This document shows positions 11,801-24,400 of a stretch of 64,000 nucleotides of DNA, in pieces. The position numbers were made by a program, and so were the translations under genes. How positions within the stretch are numbered: position 1 is the stretch's first letter; each line of letters opens with the position of its first letter. The stretch is taken from contig NW_026782580.1 in assembly GCF_031769215.1 (NCBI RefSeq), positions 1,178,001-1,242,000 on the forward strand, in the 5' to 3' direction. The notes under the pieces are model-generated. The model ran no database searches and had not been told where the DNA came from. It saw only the letters and a program-made list of their open reading frames with translations. The stretch is from Ylistrum balloti. Taxonomy: Eukaryota.

Positions 11801-14800
11801 CAAAGTTGTGGCAAGTTTTGTGATGGTCTGTAGTTTTATTAAAGTTTGGCATTTCTCTTTCTTAAATTTCTTATGTAGGATTCCCTTGTTACTCCTCCCA
11901 AAAGGTTAAGACAACAAACAATCAAGGTATGAATGCAAGTTCTCCCAAGATAAAAACAGAGTTAAACACAATTGAATAAATAATCCAACCAGTCTCAGAC
12001 TACAGTATTTACCAAAAAGGATGATTTCCATGTCTTACTAAAGGCATTTTTATCCTCCCATTAGGCAGGATTATTAACAGATTTCATTAGAGGATATAAA
12101 TTGTTTTACTAACATCTGTAGTTTTGTACTAAACTAATATTGTAGTGACCAAATGTTGATAGAACATCATCCAAATAACTATTTCTACATGTAATCAGTT
12201 ATCATGTTTCTTTTATCTTAAAGGAATTACGAAACCATCACAGGCAAGAGCAGCAAGTTCATCAAGTGATTCCACAAACAGGTAACATAGAACAGGCAAT
12301 TGTACCTCTGTAAGTAGGACATTGTGTTTAAGAAACAAGTCTAGTAGTATCAGGAATTTTTAGCTACCCTAATCTCAGCTTTTTTCTTGAGTGTAAAACA
12401 TGTTCACAAGACTTCTGTGTATATATTTATAAAATTATTTGGTTTTTCATAAAGTATATGTTAAGCATTCAACTGCTTTCAGTTGGCATTCATGCGCGAT
12501 ATGGATGCCACAAAAATAAAGGCACTGGATATGATGATGTCTTTATCCAGTTGGCATTTACTGTATCCATGAATGCCAACTTAAAGTAGGTTACTGCTTA
12601 TATTGATCATATTTAATTTTCATTGTTTTAAGAGGCAGTCTCAACTTCATTATTACATTATGTGCAATATTCCTATGTCCTTGGCATTTCATGGGTCTGT
12701 AATACATTACTGATTTTAGCAATACCATATAGAGGTAAATATATATTACTTGTTTGTCTAGTTCCAGGCATAGACTGCATTATAAATTTGAAATATAATC
12801 AAAGGTGTTGAACCTGTAATATGTTGTCATATTACGAAGTTACCAATAATGGAGATTCTGAACAAACTCTGTGCCATTAAATGTAAAGCTTGTTTTAACT
12901 TTCAATGATTAAACAGTGATTTTTTATATTTCAGGAACTGTTTACCTGAAGTTGGAGTATCCAAGAAAAATGGTACCATTGTTTGTTATCACCCAGAGCC
13001 AGTAATTCCATATGAATACACCTTAGTAAGTATAGCTTCTGCAAAAGTGATGTTTGCACTGTTAATCCATGTTGATTACCAGATGATAATTGGTGTTTAA
13101 GAATATGCGTAATTTTTACAATGAGATTAGTATGTTGTACCGTGCTGTGATCAGATTCGGAAAACAGTCAGTTACCATTTCAGTTGTGTGATGTTCACAA
13201 ACAAAATGTTAGGGGGATCTTGACACCTTGCTTGGTATATGTTTAAGATTTCTTTTTTATTACATGTAATTGCATTCAGAAAATAATGTCATGTTAAAAA
13301 ATGTCCTTTTAAATTCAGGATGTCATTCATTCTTATTCAGAAAAGTAATATTTAAAATAGATTTATGATATCAGCTTTGTGTTGCAATATTGATCATACC
13401 ATCTGGTCAGTCTTAAAATGAAAGCCAATTGTGAAATGCAAAATTATTGATCACCTTGCATGGATATTTGGAGAATTCTATCCAACTCAGGCATAAAAAG
13501 TGATCATGGGTTGACAATTTGTTTTGCATTTCAGCCTCTGCCAAGAAAAGAAGAAGAACTAGGAGAGGTAATATATTTTTTTGTTCCTATATTCTTTTTT
13601 CAAAACTTTTTTGGCATTTTTTTTTGCCATAGATATATTTTGTGCCTTTTTATTAACTTCATGACCACATTTGTGTTACTGTAGATTTCGTGGTTTTAAG
13701 AAAATGTTTGAAGTCTTACCCATAGCCAGGTACTGCACATATATATGTATTTGCAGTTAAAAGATAAAAAATTCCAGTATGCAAACCAAATCACATACAT
13801 AATTTCTTCACATCACTCATTAAAGAATCAGAATTAGAGCATTTTTTATAATTAAAGTGAACCCTGAACGAAAAACGAAATGGATAAATTATTATTGTAT
13901 ATGATCTAAATAAAAAAGGTTAAAAACCGTGTCAAAATCAGCTGGCCCATTACCTAAATACTAATGTGTAAAGAGTTCACCTGTCCTACTGCTACTTAGC
14001 ATACTGGTATGTTTAACTTGCTCAGAATGGGACCCTATCAGTTCCAACAACTGTAACAGCCACCAGAATTGGAATAGGCAAGGTCAAGAAAAGTCATTGA
14101 ATTCACTGTCAGATTGCAGATTAACACTATTTAGGCAGAACTTTTAGGCAGTGACTGAGTTCAATTGAATCTGAACTTGATGTTGGTTTGTGGAATGGTG
14201 TAAATTTTTTGTCTTTCAATTTTCTATTTTATAACAAAGTCCTCAGGCATGATAAGTCTGAACATGTGGTTCATTAATGTATTACTTTTCTTTGTGAGAA
14301 TTGAAAGGACAGTCCTCCCTCTGTAACATTTTTGTGGTTTGTACATTTCATGTTATCTTCATAAAATCTTAATTTCATAAAGCTTAAAGATAGCAAATTA
14401 TCTCCTCCCTACATCTCTAATTAATTAACTATTGTAAACCATTCGTATCACAAATACGATATAGTTTCTGGCCATTACAACTGGAGCTTAGAACACATGT
14501 TGCTGCTTATTATCAGTGTATATTATGGTGTCTTTGTTACTAATTGCGATTGTACATATCCATTTGTGAAGAAAGGGTTGGGGTGTGCAAACATAAACTT
14601 GACTAAACTTTCAATTGGTTGCTTTGTGTTGTATACATCAAGGATTCATGATATTTTTAGAGACCAATTGGAAAATATGAAGTATAGTATTAACAGCCAC
14701 CAGATTAACAAATTAAAAACCTCCAATTAATTTAGATAGAATATGCATGAATGAACAGACACCCTCATACAGTACATGTTTGTATACTCAATAGGAACTC

Positions 14801-15646
14801 ATTTTTATGATTTAAGTGTAAAAAATAATTTCTGTATGTATGCAACACTTTTAATATAACCTTCACAAGTAAGTGTCAAATAAATACATCACATAAGGAG
14901 CTTATATACTTGGATATCAAATACATGCTGGAAGCTTCCGAGTATATTTCTATAGGGCTGTTTTGACAGTATGGAGTTAGTGATGTCACAGATGTGGGGT
15001 ACCCATATTGAGGCAATCGCCACTATATGAAAGATGTGAATTTCAGAGAAATCACAATATCTGGGAAACATAATTACCATAACCTTTGATTGTTTAACAG
15101 ACAGTATTTTACAGCTAGATACAGCAAAACGTTCAGGATACACTTATATATATTTCTTCTGATAAAAGATTAATTGAAAATTGCTTTAAATCATTTTTGT
15201 AAACATGATTAGAACAAAAGTGTCAAATTCACACATGTTGCATTCCTCATCTAGGAGAATTCTATAGAAAAGTGTCTTGTTATTGTATATCAGGGAAATT
15301 CAGCATTGAACATGCAAGTTCAGCGAATGGAAATGCTGAAGTTCAGAGAGGATGGGCCTACACGTCAAGAATTAGCCAGTATGTTCCATACAACAAAACA
15401 TCAGTGGTACCCAAAGTAAGTGTTACTTAATCAAAAGTTAAGGTAAATGTTTACAAATAATAGGCAGTACACAGAGTAAGCGTTTACTTATAGAAAGCCA
15501 AAATTTTTAAAAACTGAGCATGACCATTATAACTTAAAACATTATGACTAATCTATCCTGAATATGTAATTGTGAAATTTTTTCGTTTCAGTACTGCAGA
15601 CAAGTACAGGAAGCCTAACCCACCAAAGGATCGAGACGCTATTTGA
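8870..15646 (+). CDS. MRPL42: Mitochondrial ribosomal protein L42 (mL42), 140 aa
   Basis: join(8870..8933,12224..12281,12935..13025,13535..13567,15294..15415,15592..15646), all GT-AG with matching phases, 423 nt. Translation contains GTIVCYHPEPVIPYEYTLPLPR, LASMFHTTKHQWYP and NPPKDR, matching MRPL42 motifs (TIVCYHP, MFFTTKHRWYP, NPPKDR). Exon 1 (MSATVRNVTFSSLRYYRHIQRG) resembles a mitochondrial presequence; it is the least certain exon. Confidence 0.9.
10202..10608 (+). mobile_element. Complete non-autonomous miniature LTR retrotransposon (TRIM) with tRNA-derived LTRs, Helenus-like
   Basis: Two 151-bp LTRs (10202-10352, 10458-10608; 3 differences; T(G/A)TAA...TTACA ends), PBS TGGCGCCCACGTAGGGAC at 10355-10372, PPT GGAGGGGGAG at 10446-10455, 4-bp TSD CCTA at 10198-10201 and 10609-10612. 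Confidence 0.92.
10253..10325 (+). pseudogene. tRNA-Thr(AGT)-like cassette inside the 5' LTR (second copy at 10509-10581)
   Basis: 73 nt, A box TAGCTCGATTGG, anticodon loop CTAGTAA, B box GGTTCGATTCC. Acceptor and anticodon stems mispair, so it is not a functional tRNA. Confidence 0.8.
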
Positions 15647-15696
15647 TGCAGAGAACAAAATGACTTTCTTAATATTGAAAATGTTCTATTGTTGTG

Positions 15697-15702
15697 AATA
15701 AA
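15697..15702 (+). promoter_or_regulatory. Polyadenylation signal candidate for MRPL42
   Basis: AATAAA about 50 nt after the stop codon. Confidence 0.55.
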
Positions 15703-16739
15703 ATAATCATTATCTAGTTCACGATATGATAGTTATCTATACTTATCAAGTTAACGGCCATTTCCATTGTTTCTGAGATGAGAAAAAGCTTACATGAACA
15801 TACCAAATATGACATCCATGCTTCAACATCCTTTGTTGTGTTTGCTCTACATATTCTGTAATCATTTATTTCCCTATTTTCATGTCACAAATATAATACT
15901 TCATAGTAAATTTTCATGTGACTGTTATATTACTCAATTATTGATTTTTTAGGTTTATTTGTTGAACTTCAAAAGGTTTTATTACTGGAGGCAGCAAAAC
16001 CCAAAAAATCAATAATTGAAGGTTGACAAATCAGAAGACATATTTTGGCTTTTCTGATCAGCACCATTCTTGTTTGGAACTCCCTTAGGATCATTTATAT
16101 CCGGTTAGAATAAAATTGCACCAGCCAGTCTTGAGAAGATGTCAAAAATGTCTCGGTCAATAAGAAGCCATGGTGGTTATATTGGATTTTCTGATCTGCA
16201 TCAAAATCAACAACACTCGTGAGGGATGTCATGATGATCATCTGTACCAGCCTTCAAATTCTATAACTTGTACATATGAAGTGATTCCAATGTCTTGTGT
16301 ACATAAGCCCACAGCCAAAAGACCAAATTTTGTAAAAAACCAACTGCAAAGTAACAAAATTGTTTATGGATGAAACTGATTATCAAACTCTTGTGATGTC
16401 TAATTGATATGAACCCACATACCACATTTTGAGAACATCAGTGCGGAGAGTGAAAAAAAGGTGAATTTTCTTTATTTAAAGTCCCATAATACTTGCAAAT
16501 ATTAACAGATTACACTGGTTATCGAACATATGCTAAGTCTTATAAATATAAACCCACATAGAAAAATCGAAGAGAATCTGACGAAAAATACCACAGTTAA
16601 AAATGTGGAAAGTTAAAGCAGGCACACAAGCTGTTAATTATAGGGCACCCTCATCCCGATGCAGGGTCCTAATAAGGTTGAATACATACAGAATTTTAGA
16701 AGTTCAAAATATTAAAAAATTAATGTTGGACATGAAATG

Positions 16740-16873
16740 TCAGCAGTTCCAATAGTGATTGAACCAGGATCTCTGGCTTCCTAGTCTTGCATTCTTCCCC
16801 TTGAGTTAAAGAGAAGATATCTTCAGATGAGTGGTACTTGTATATTATGGCTTAAGTGCTTATCATGGTTACA
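16740..16873 (-). mobile_element. Old diverged tRNA-containing LTR related to the element at 10202
   Basis: Reverse complement starts TGTAACCATGATAA and contains CTTCTCTTTAACTC...GACTAGGAAGCCAGAGATCCTGGTTCAATC, aligning by eye to the LTR. The 3' edge is uncertain. Confidence 0.6.
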
Positions 16874-17799
16874 TCCATAATGTCCTTTTTTAAAGCACAC
16901 ATCTTTGTTTGGTATTTACTGGGTTTATCTTGCATCAACAGGTGAGGTTATTTAGAGACAGGGTCTACTTCAAAAAACTTTTGTCTATCTCAATATGGCA
17001 TATGGGAGACCCGTAAAACAACATCCAAGGAAATTTGAATAAATTATCTTGCTCAAGGACACAACAAATATCAGGACATTTCCCAGCTTCAGAGAAACAC
17101 AAACTGCTCCAAGCAGGAATAGTCAAACCACATACAAATTTTCACTAGAGATTAGAAAGTGCAACACTCCACCGAACGAGTCTGATCGTGAGCTTTATTT
17201 GAAGTCTAAAAAATTCATACAAATGTAGAAGAATACAGATCACCATACAAGCCTTAGCTTGTGTGAATTTCCCTCTTAAATCAAGCAATAGAGTGTTCAA
17301 AAGGTTTTGTTCAAACCCTAGTAGTGGCAGGGTATTTTTCATTATTTTGTTACATCATTAATTCCAATTCTTGAGTAAACAGTATCACAACAAGATTACC
17401 CATATAAATTTGTGCTTATTGAGTAATCCAAAACAAACGAGGTAAGGCAACCAGTATTCTCTACTTCTAACTTGGCATATGGATTTTAAAAAACTCTTAT
17501 TGGGAATGTGATTTTCCTTACTTGGACTGACCAAGATTTACATAGCGAGTGATGTCGATGAAACAGAGGACGTTTACCTTTTCAGATCACAATGTCTTAT
17601 TCTTCTTATACTTTTTAAGGGGTCCTGATGTAAATCTTTCTTTTGGTCAAATCTTGTCATCAAATTTGAGTTTGAATAGACTCTCTCGACATGCTAATAT
17701 TTTCTTTGTTGTTTTAATTCATATTTTTGCATCAATTTTCAGTTTGATTGAAGTACTTTCCTTGTTGTTCAAGCATTAATGTATAAAACTTATATAAAC

Positions 17800-18025
17800 T
17801 TTATTTATTTTACAACAATTTCAAAACAAGTTATGTCAACTTATACTAATCACTCTTGTCGACCCGGATGTAAGTGTGCGAGGGGTCTTATTGTGGGAGG
17901 AAACCGGAGTACCAGGGGAAAAACCACATGGTAGGGCAGGTGACCCCTTACCTTTTCACGTCCATTCCCGGAATCAAACCCCGGTTGGCTAGGTGAAAGG
18001 CGAGTGCGTTACCACTGCACCACCC
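17800..18025 (-). mobile_element. tRNA-derived SINE with V domain (V-SINE type)
   Basis: Minus strand: A box TGGTGCAGTGG, B-box-like GGTTTGATTCC, V-domain motif GTGGTTTTTCCCCTGGTACTCCGGTTTCCTCCCAC and a TAAAATAAATAAA tail. Confidence 0.75.
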
Positions 18026-18491
18026 TGTATAAAACTTGATCTAGCTCTTTCAATTTCACTCATTCCTCAAAGATAAAATTTGTCACTGCAGCACCTCCCT
18101 TTAACTTAGTAGGGTGTATTATCTACAGCACTCCCCGTAACTAAGTGAAGGGTATTATCTTACAAAGATTTCATGTTATGAAGATCCACCTAAACAAGTA
18201 ATGAACACACATTTATGGTCATCAAGTTTCATTTAATGATTGTTTTGGATATTTTGGTCTTCAAATAATAAACAATATTTTCTGCAGCCTGACAGAGTAT
18301 AGCTGGGGAGAAAATATTCTGATAGATTTTACTTTACCAGTATAACTGATAACGCAATCAGCAGGTGGCATTTTCCCCTCGGGACACTTTGCTTGATACA
18401 TGATGACTATCAAAAAATCATTTGTGATAGATGTCAGTCATCTCCCAAGTTTAAATTCCTAGACACATAACATTTACTAGGTGTAAAGTGG

Positions 18492-21400
18492 TCAAGTCAT
18501 GGTGTCCTTCATGTTATCATCACTAGTTTTGACATCCTGTGCTGTCTGGTTTAGCGTTGATTGGTGTGCTGACGAAGTGTCCATCTTGAGAACTTCGCGT
18601 AGAGCCATGGTTGCGTAGCAGGCAGGAGGAAGTGTCATCTCTAGCTTCAGGGCTTTCAAAGAACCACCTACAACATTTTAATGACTTCATAATTTTAGTA
18701 AAGAGGAACAAGAAGACCTGCTCAGCAGTCAGGAGAGTCTTTAAAGCAACAGGTCAGGTTGATGGACCTTAACAGTCATCTGACAAAGTTCCAAACCCTG
18801 GTCCAATTCTGTTTATTTCTAAAACTTGAAATGCAGCCTTTCATTCTTCACTCACTAGGATATCTACTGCCTATATAATTCAGCCTTACAGGATTGTTTG
18901 TTAAAATTTACCCCAATGGTCTTCTATAACCCCAGGGACTTTTCCTAACAGCTTGAAATCTTTATACTTTCAGGACTTTGCAGCCAAATCCATTTACTTG
19001 TGAAAATTACAACTGCTGTTTCTGATGGGTAAACTCTTTTACCTTTAGGAGTAGCAACTTCATTTTATCATAACAGATTCTCATTTGTGAAAGTCATATG
19101 ATCAGCAAAATGTTAGAAAATAGGTGGTAACATTTTTTTCCAATATTTAGAGGATCTGTCATGAGTTTCCTTTCATATTACATTCTGATACAGTTTTGAA
19201 TTTTTAATCTTTAAAAGCCTTTCAGCAAGTAAAAATAAGAAGTGACCGAAGGGGCCTGCATTCTTCAACTGGCTTATTCAGCTATTCAGTCATTTAACAC
19301 AGAATTTCAAATATGATAGATGATTTCTCAAAGACTTTTCGTATTGGGTCCTGCCTTTGTTGTCAAATATGTCAGATTCACTATTCATATAAATTGCTTC
19401 AGATCATACTTGGAGAACATCCATATTAACACGATATTAACAACTTACATTTTTCCTAATTGGCCCCACATCTCTGATGGACTCCTGGTTTATACAAAAT
19501 GTGGTTCCTTTCAACTTAGCATGCTTCAGACCAAATTAGTACAGAATCAAGGCATTCCCACAAAAGAAGGATTTTAGAGAATTTCCTCTATTTCCACTAT
19601 ACCACCCAGCCTTAGAAAGCGAAGACAAAATTGATTTCCCTTCATCTAACGATGCTTCAGACCAAAGTTAGGCAAAAACCAATCATTCCTACAGCTGTAT
19701 TACCCCTATTGGCCCCACCCCAGCAGGTGGAGACCTACTGTTTATACAAAATTGATGCTTCAGGCCAGGTGAGCTAAAAATAATTTCTACATAATTTATT
19801 TGCTAAATGGAGGTTAAGATGCATGATTTTTTCAAACTTTGGCACTGAGACAAATACGAGATCTGACCTGGTATAGACTGCGGTTCAGGCTTCCCTTCAA
19901 GTCTGTCCATATCACTAAGCACAATTGGCTGCATCACATCATTGTACAGGTATGTCTGCCAGGTCACATCCTTTGGTCTGGTCAGCATCTTCCTGTAGGT
20001 GCCTTTCAGCATGTACTGCCTGTAATATATATAGAACAGATCTACATCTTCCTGTAGGTGCCTTTCAGTGTGTACTGTAATATATATAGAACAGATCTAC
20101 ATCTTCCTGTAGGTGCCTTTCAGTGTGTACTGTAATATATATAGAACAGATCAACATCTTCCTGTAGGTGCCTTTCAGCGTGTACTGTATTATATATAGA
20201 ACAGATCAACATCTTCCTGTAGGTGCCTTTCAGCGTGTACTGTAATATATATAGAACAGATCAACATCTTCCTGTAGGTGCCTTTCAGTGTGTACTGTAA
20301 TATATATAGAACAGATCAACATCTTCCTGTAGGTGTCTTTCAGCATGTACTGTAATATATATAGAACAGATCAACATCTTCCTGTAGGTGTCTTTCAGTG
20401 TGTACTGTAATATATATAGAACAGATCAACATCTTCCTGTAGGTGCCTTTCAGTGTGTACTGTAATATATATAGAACAGATCTACATCTTCCTGTAGGTG
20501 CCTTTCAGTGTGTACTGTAATATATATAGAACAGATCTACATCTTCCTGTAGGTGCCTTTCAGTGTGTACTGCCTGTAATATATATAGAACAGATCAACA
20601 TCTTCCTGTAGGTGCCTTTCAGTGTGTACTGCCTGTAATATATATAGAACAGACCAACATCTTCCTGTAGGTGTCTTTCAGTGTATACTGCCTGTAATAT
20701 ATATAGAACAGATCTACATCTTCCTGTAGGTGCCTTTCAGCATGTACTGTAATATATATAGAACAGATCAACATCTTCCTGTAGGTGCCTTTCAGTGTGT
20801 ACTGTAATATATATAGAACAGATCAACATCTTCCTGTAGGTGCCTTTCAGTGTGTACTGCCTGTAATATATATAGAACAGATCAACATCTTCCTGTAGGT
20901 GCCTTTCAGTGTGTACTGTAATATATATAGAACAGATCAACATCTTCCTGTAGGTGCCTTTCAGTGTGTACTGTAATATATATAGAACAGATCAACATCT
21001 TCCTGTAGGTGCCTTTCAGTGTGTACTGTAATATATATAGAACAGATCAACATCTTCCTGTAGGTGCCTTTCAGTGTGTACTGCCTGTAATATATATAGA
21101 ACAGACCAACATCTTCCTGTAGGTGTCTTTCAGTGTATACTGCCTGTAATATATATAGAACAGATCAACATCTTCCTGTAGGTGCCTTTCAGTGTGTACT
21201 GTAATATATATAGAACAGATCAACATCTTCCTGTAGGTGCCTTTCAGTGTGTACTGTAATATATATAGAACAGATCAACATCTTCCTGTAGGTGCCTTTC
21301 AGTGTGTACTTTAATATATATAGAACAGATCAACATCTTCCTGTAGGTGCCTTTCAGTGTGTACTGCCTGAAATATATATAGAACAGATCAACATCTTCC

Positions 21401-24400
21401 TGTAGGTGCCTTTCAGCGTGTACTGCCTGTAATATATATAGAACAGATCAACATCTTCCTGTAGGTGCCTTTCAGCATGTACTGTAATATATATAGAACA
21501 GATCAACATCTTCCTGTAGGTGCCTTTCAGTGTATACTGTAATATATATAGAACAGATCAACATCTTCCTGTAGTAATATGCCTTTCAGTGTGTACTGCC
21601 TGTAATATATATAGAACAGATCAACATCTTCCTGTAGGTGCCTTTCAGTGTGTACTGTAATATATATAGAACAGATCAACATCTTCCTGTAGGTGCCTTT
21701 CAGTGTGTACTGTAATATATATAGAACAGATCAACATCTTCCTGTAGGTGCCTTTCAGTGTGTACTGTAATATATATAGAACAGATCAACATCTTCCTGT
21801 AGGTGCCTTTCAGTGTGTACTGCCTGTAATATATATAGAACAGATCAACATCTTCCTGTAGGTGCCTTTCAGTGTGTACTGCCTGTAATATATATAGAAC
21901 AGATCAACATCTTCCTGTAGGTGCCTTTCAGTGTGTACTGTAATATATATAGAACAGATCAACATCTTCCTGTAGGTGCCTTTCAGTGTGTACTGCCTGT
22001 AATATATATAGAACAGATCAACATCTTCCTGTAGGTGCCTTTCAGTGTGTACTGCCTGTAATATATATAGAACAGATCAACATCTTCCTGTAGGTGCCTT
22101 TCAGTGTGTACTGTAATATATATAGAACAGATCAACATCTTCCTGTAGGTGCCTTTCAGTGTGTACTGCCTGTAATATATATAGAACAGATCAACATCTT
22201 CCTGTAGGTGCCTTTCAGTGTGTACTGCCTGTAATATATATAGAACAGATCAACATCTTCCTGTAGGTGCCTTTCAGTGTGTACTGTAATATATATAGAA
22301 CAGATCAACATCTTCCTGTAGGTGCCTTTCAGTGTGTACTGTAATATATATAGAACAGATCAACATCTTCCTGTAGGTGCCTTTCAGTGTGTACTGTAAT
22401 ATATATAGAACAGATCAACATCTTCCTGTAGGTGCCTTTCAGTGTGTACTGTAATATATATAGAACAGATCAACATCTTCCTGTAGGTGCCTTTCAGTGT
22501 GTACTGTAATATATATAGAACAGATCAACATCTTCCTGTAGGTGTCTTTCAGTGTGTACTGTAATATATATAGAACAGATCAACATCTTCCTGTAGGTGC
22601 CTTTCAGTGTGTACTGTAATATATATAAAACAGATCAACATCTTCCTGTAGGTGCCTTTCAGTGTGTACTATAATATATATAGAACAGATCAACATCTTC
22701 CTGTAGGTGCCTTTCAGTGTATACTGTAATATATATAGTCACCAGTCAAAACAGCCAAAGGACTGAGAGAAAACAGGTGATGTAGAACATTCATATAGTA
22801 GAATCCTTTACTTACTTGTTTTTATGTCGAAAATTCTCAATGGTAAGGTTATCTTTCTCCAAAATCTCAGTAACCCAGTTCTTCACTGTGAAATATATAA
22901 TAATTTTCAACTGAAGACATGCATATGAAATTTCACATAAACCAACAAATGTTATAGAACAGAGTAAGTAAATAGCAAAGATTGTGAAAGTATTGTTGAA
23001 ATTGAAATACAAGTCCATGATGGGTAGAAACATGAGGTTCCAATCAAATTTTAGTAATCTTTTTTTCCAAACTCTTTCAACAGGCCTTGTAGGGTTGAAC
23101 AAGACAGAACCTAGTGACAAATAAGGGACATAACTCTTCCAATAAAAAAGGCAAACCTCAAAATTGATTATGATGTACAAATTAAGTTTTATAAAGGTAA
23201 CAATCAATCATATAAAATTTGGTATAGAAAAATGGACTGAATTTCTGAAATTAATTTTTAACAGTTTTTCCTTACTGCACACAACACTAAATCCTAACAC
23301 AGCATGCCACTACAGACCATTTCCTTTCTCTACAATAGCTGATTCACTACTGCAGTTAAAATCTTATTTTAGAAATTCAAACATTTCAAACTTGCCTGCA
23401 TTTTCAGGATATATAACATCATAACCTGGAATGGTCATAACAACATCATATATGGTATAGTCATTTAAGTTGGATTGATCAACTACGATTGGCTGAGTTT
23501 GGAATCTCTTCCCATTGTTCTCATCATCACCTGTAAATACAAGCAAAATACAAATGTCTTGTTTATCCTGCTTTGTGTCATTTATAAATACAATATCTGA
23601 CATAATTCGTTTATTTTCATGACACCTCAGGTTTCATTTCCTAATTCATCATGTTCAATATTGCTTTGAAGGAACCTGACAATGATCTAAACAGTACATC
23701 TAGCAAATTTGTTCTCAATGAAAAGTCCATTACACATAATTCAAAGCATGCAACAGTTCATATCTGAGAGTTTATAGAGCTGATATTATTGAGAATTTAC
23801 TAAGCCTACATTAATAAGGTATATGACATCTTAAAACCTGAGACACAATGGCCACTTACACTCTATGCTTTTCACATCACAACTTTCAAAGTACCAGTAG
23901 GTCTAAATTAAATTCATTTAAACCAAATTAAGAAAATACCAATTTTACAATTACTCAAGGCTTAATAATCTTCATTTGAATTTTTCAGACAAATTTGATA
24001 TCTGTTGACCTTGAATACATATGCATGACAGAGTTAAACAAATGAATTTGAATTAACCTTAAATTTTAATATTTAAATGTTATAACACCTTTTATCGGTT
24101 ATGAAAATCTAACCATTTAGTCGTTTTAAACTGATGAATGCTCCCTAAAAGGATTTTACCAAAGAGCAAAAATTCTCTTATTAAAGGGTTTCAAGCACTG
24201 AATTTGGTACACTGTTCATCCTATTAGTGTGACAAATGTATCCAACAAGTTTCATTACCCTAGTTTAAATACAGGGAAAGTTATGATGCGGACACAAAAT
24301 TTTAACAAAGGGCAATATCTCTGGAATTAATGGTTTGCAGGCCAGAACATTGGTGCACTGCAAATTGTCTTGGTATGATTGGTGTATTCAACAAGTTTCA

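Noticed and set aside
11432-11904. Alternative MRPL42 start (ATG at 11432) with micro-exon 11879-11904
   Set aside because: Weak donors and a repeat-like context; the 8870-8933 exon gives a presequence-like peptide, the correct phase, promoter motifs and the expected protein length.
19986-22738. CRISPR-like regular repeats here and in other arrays
   Set aside because: Head-to-tail units without unique spacers, no cas genes, and a eukaryotic intronic context.
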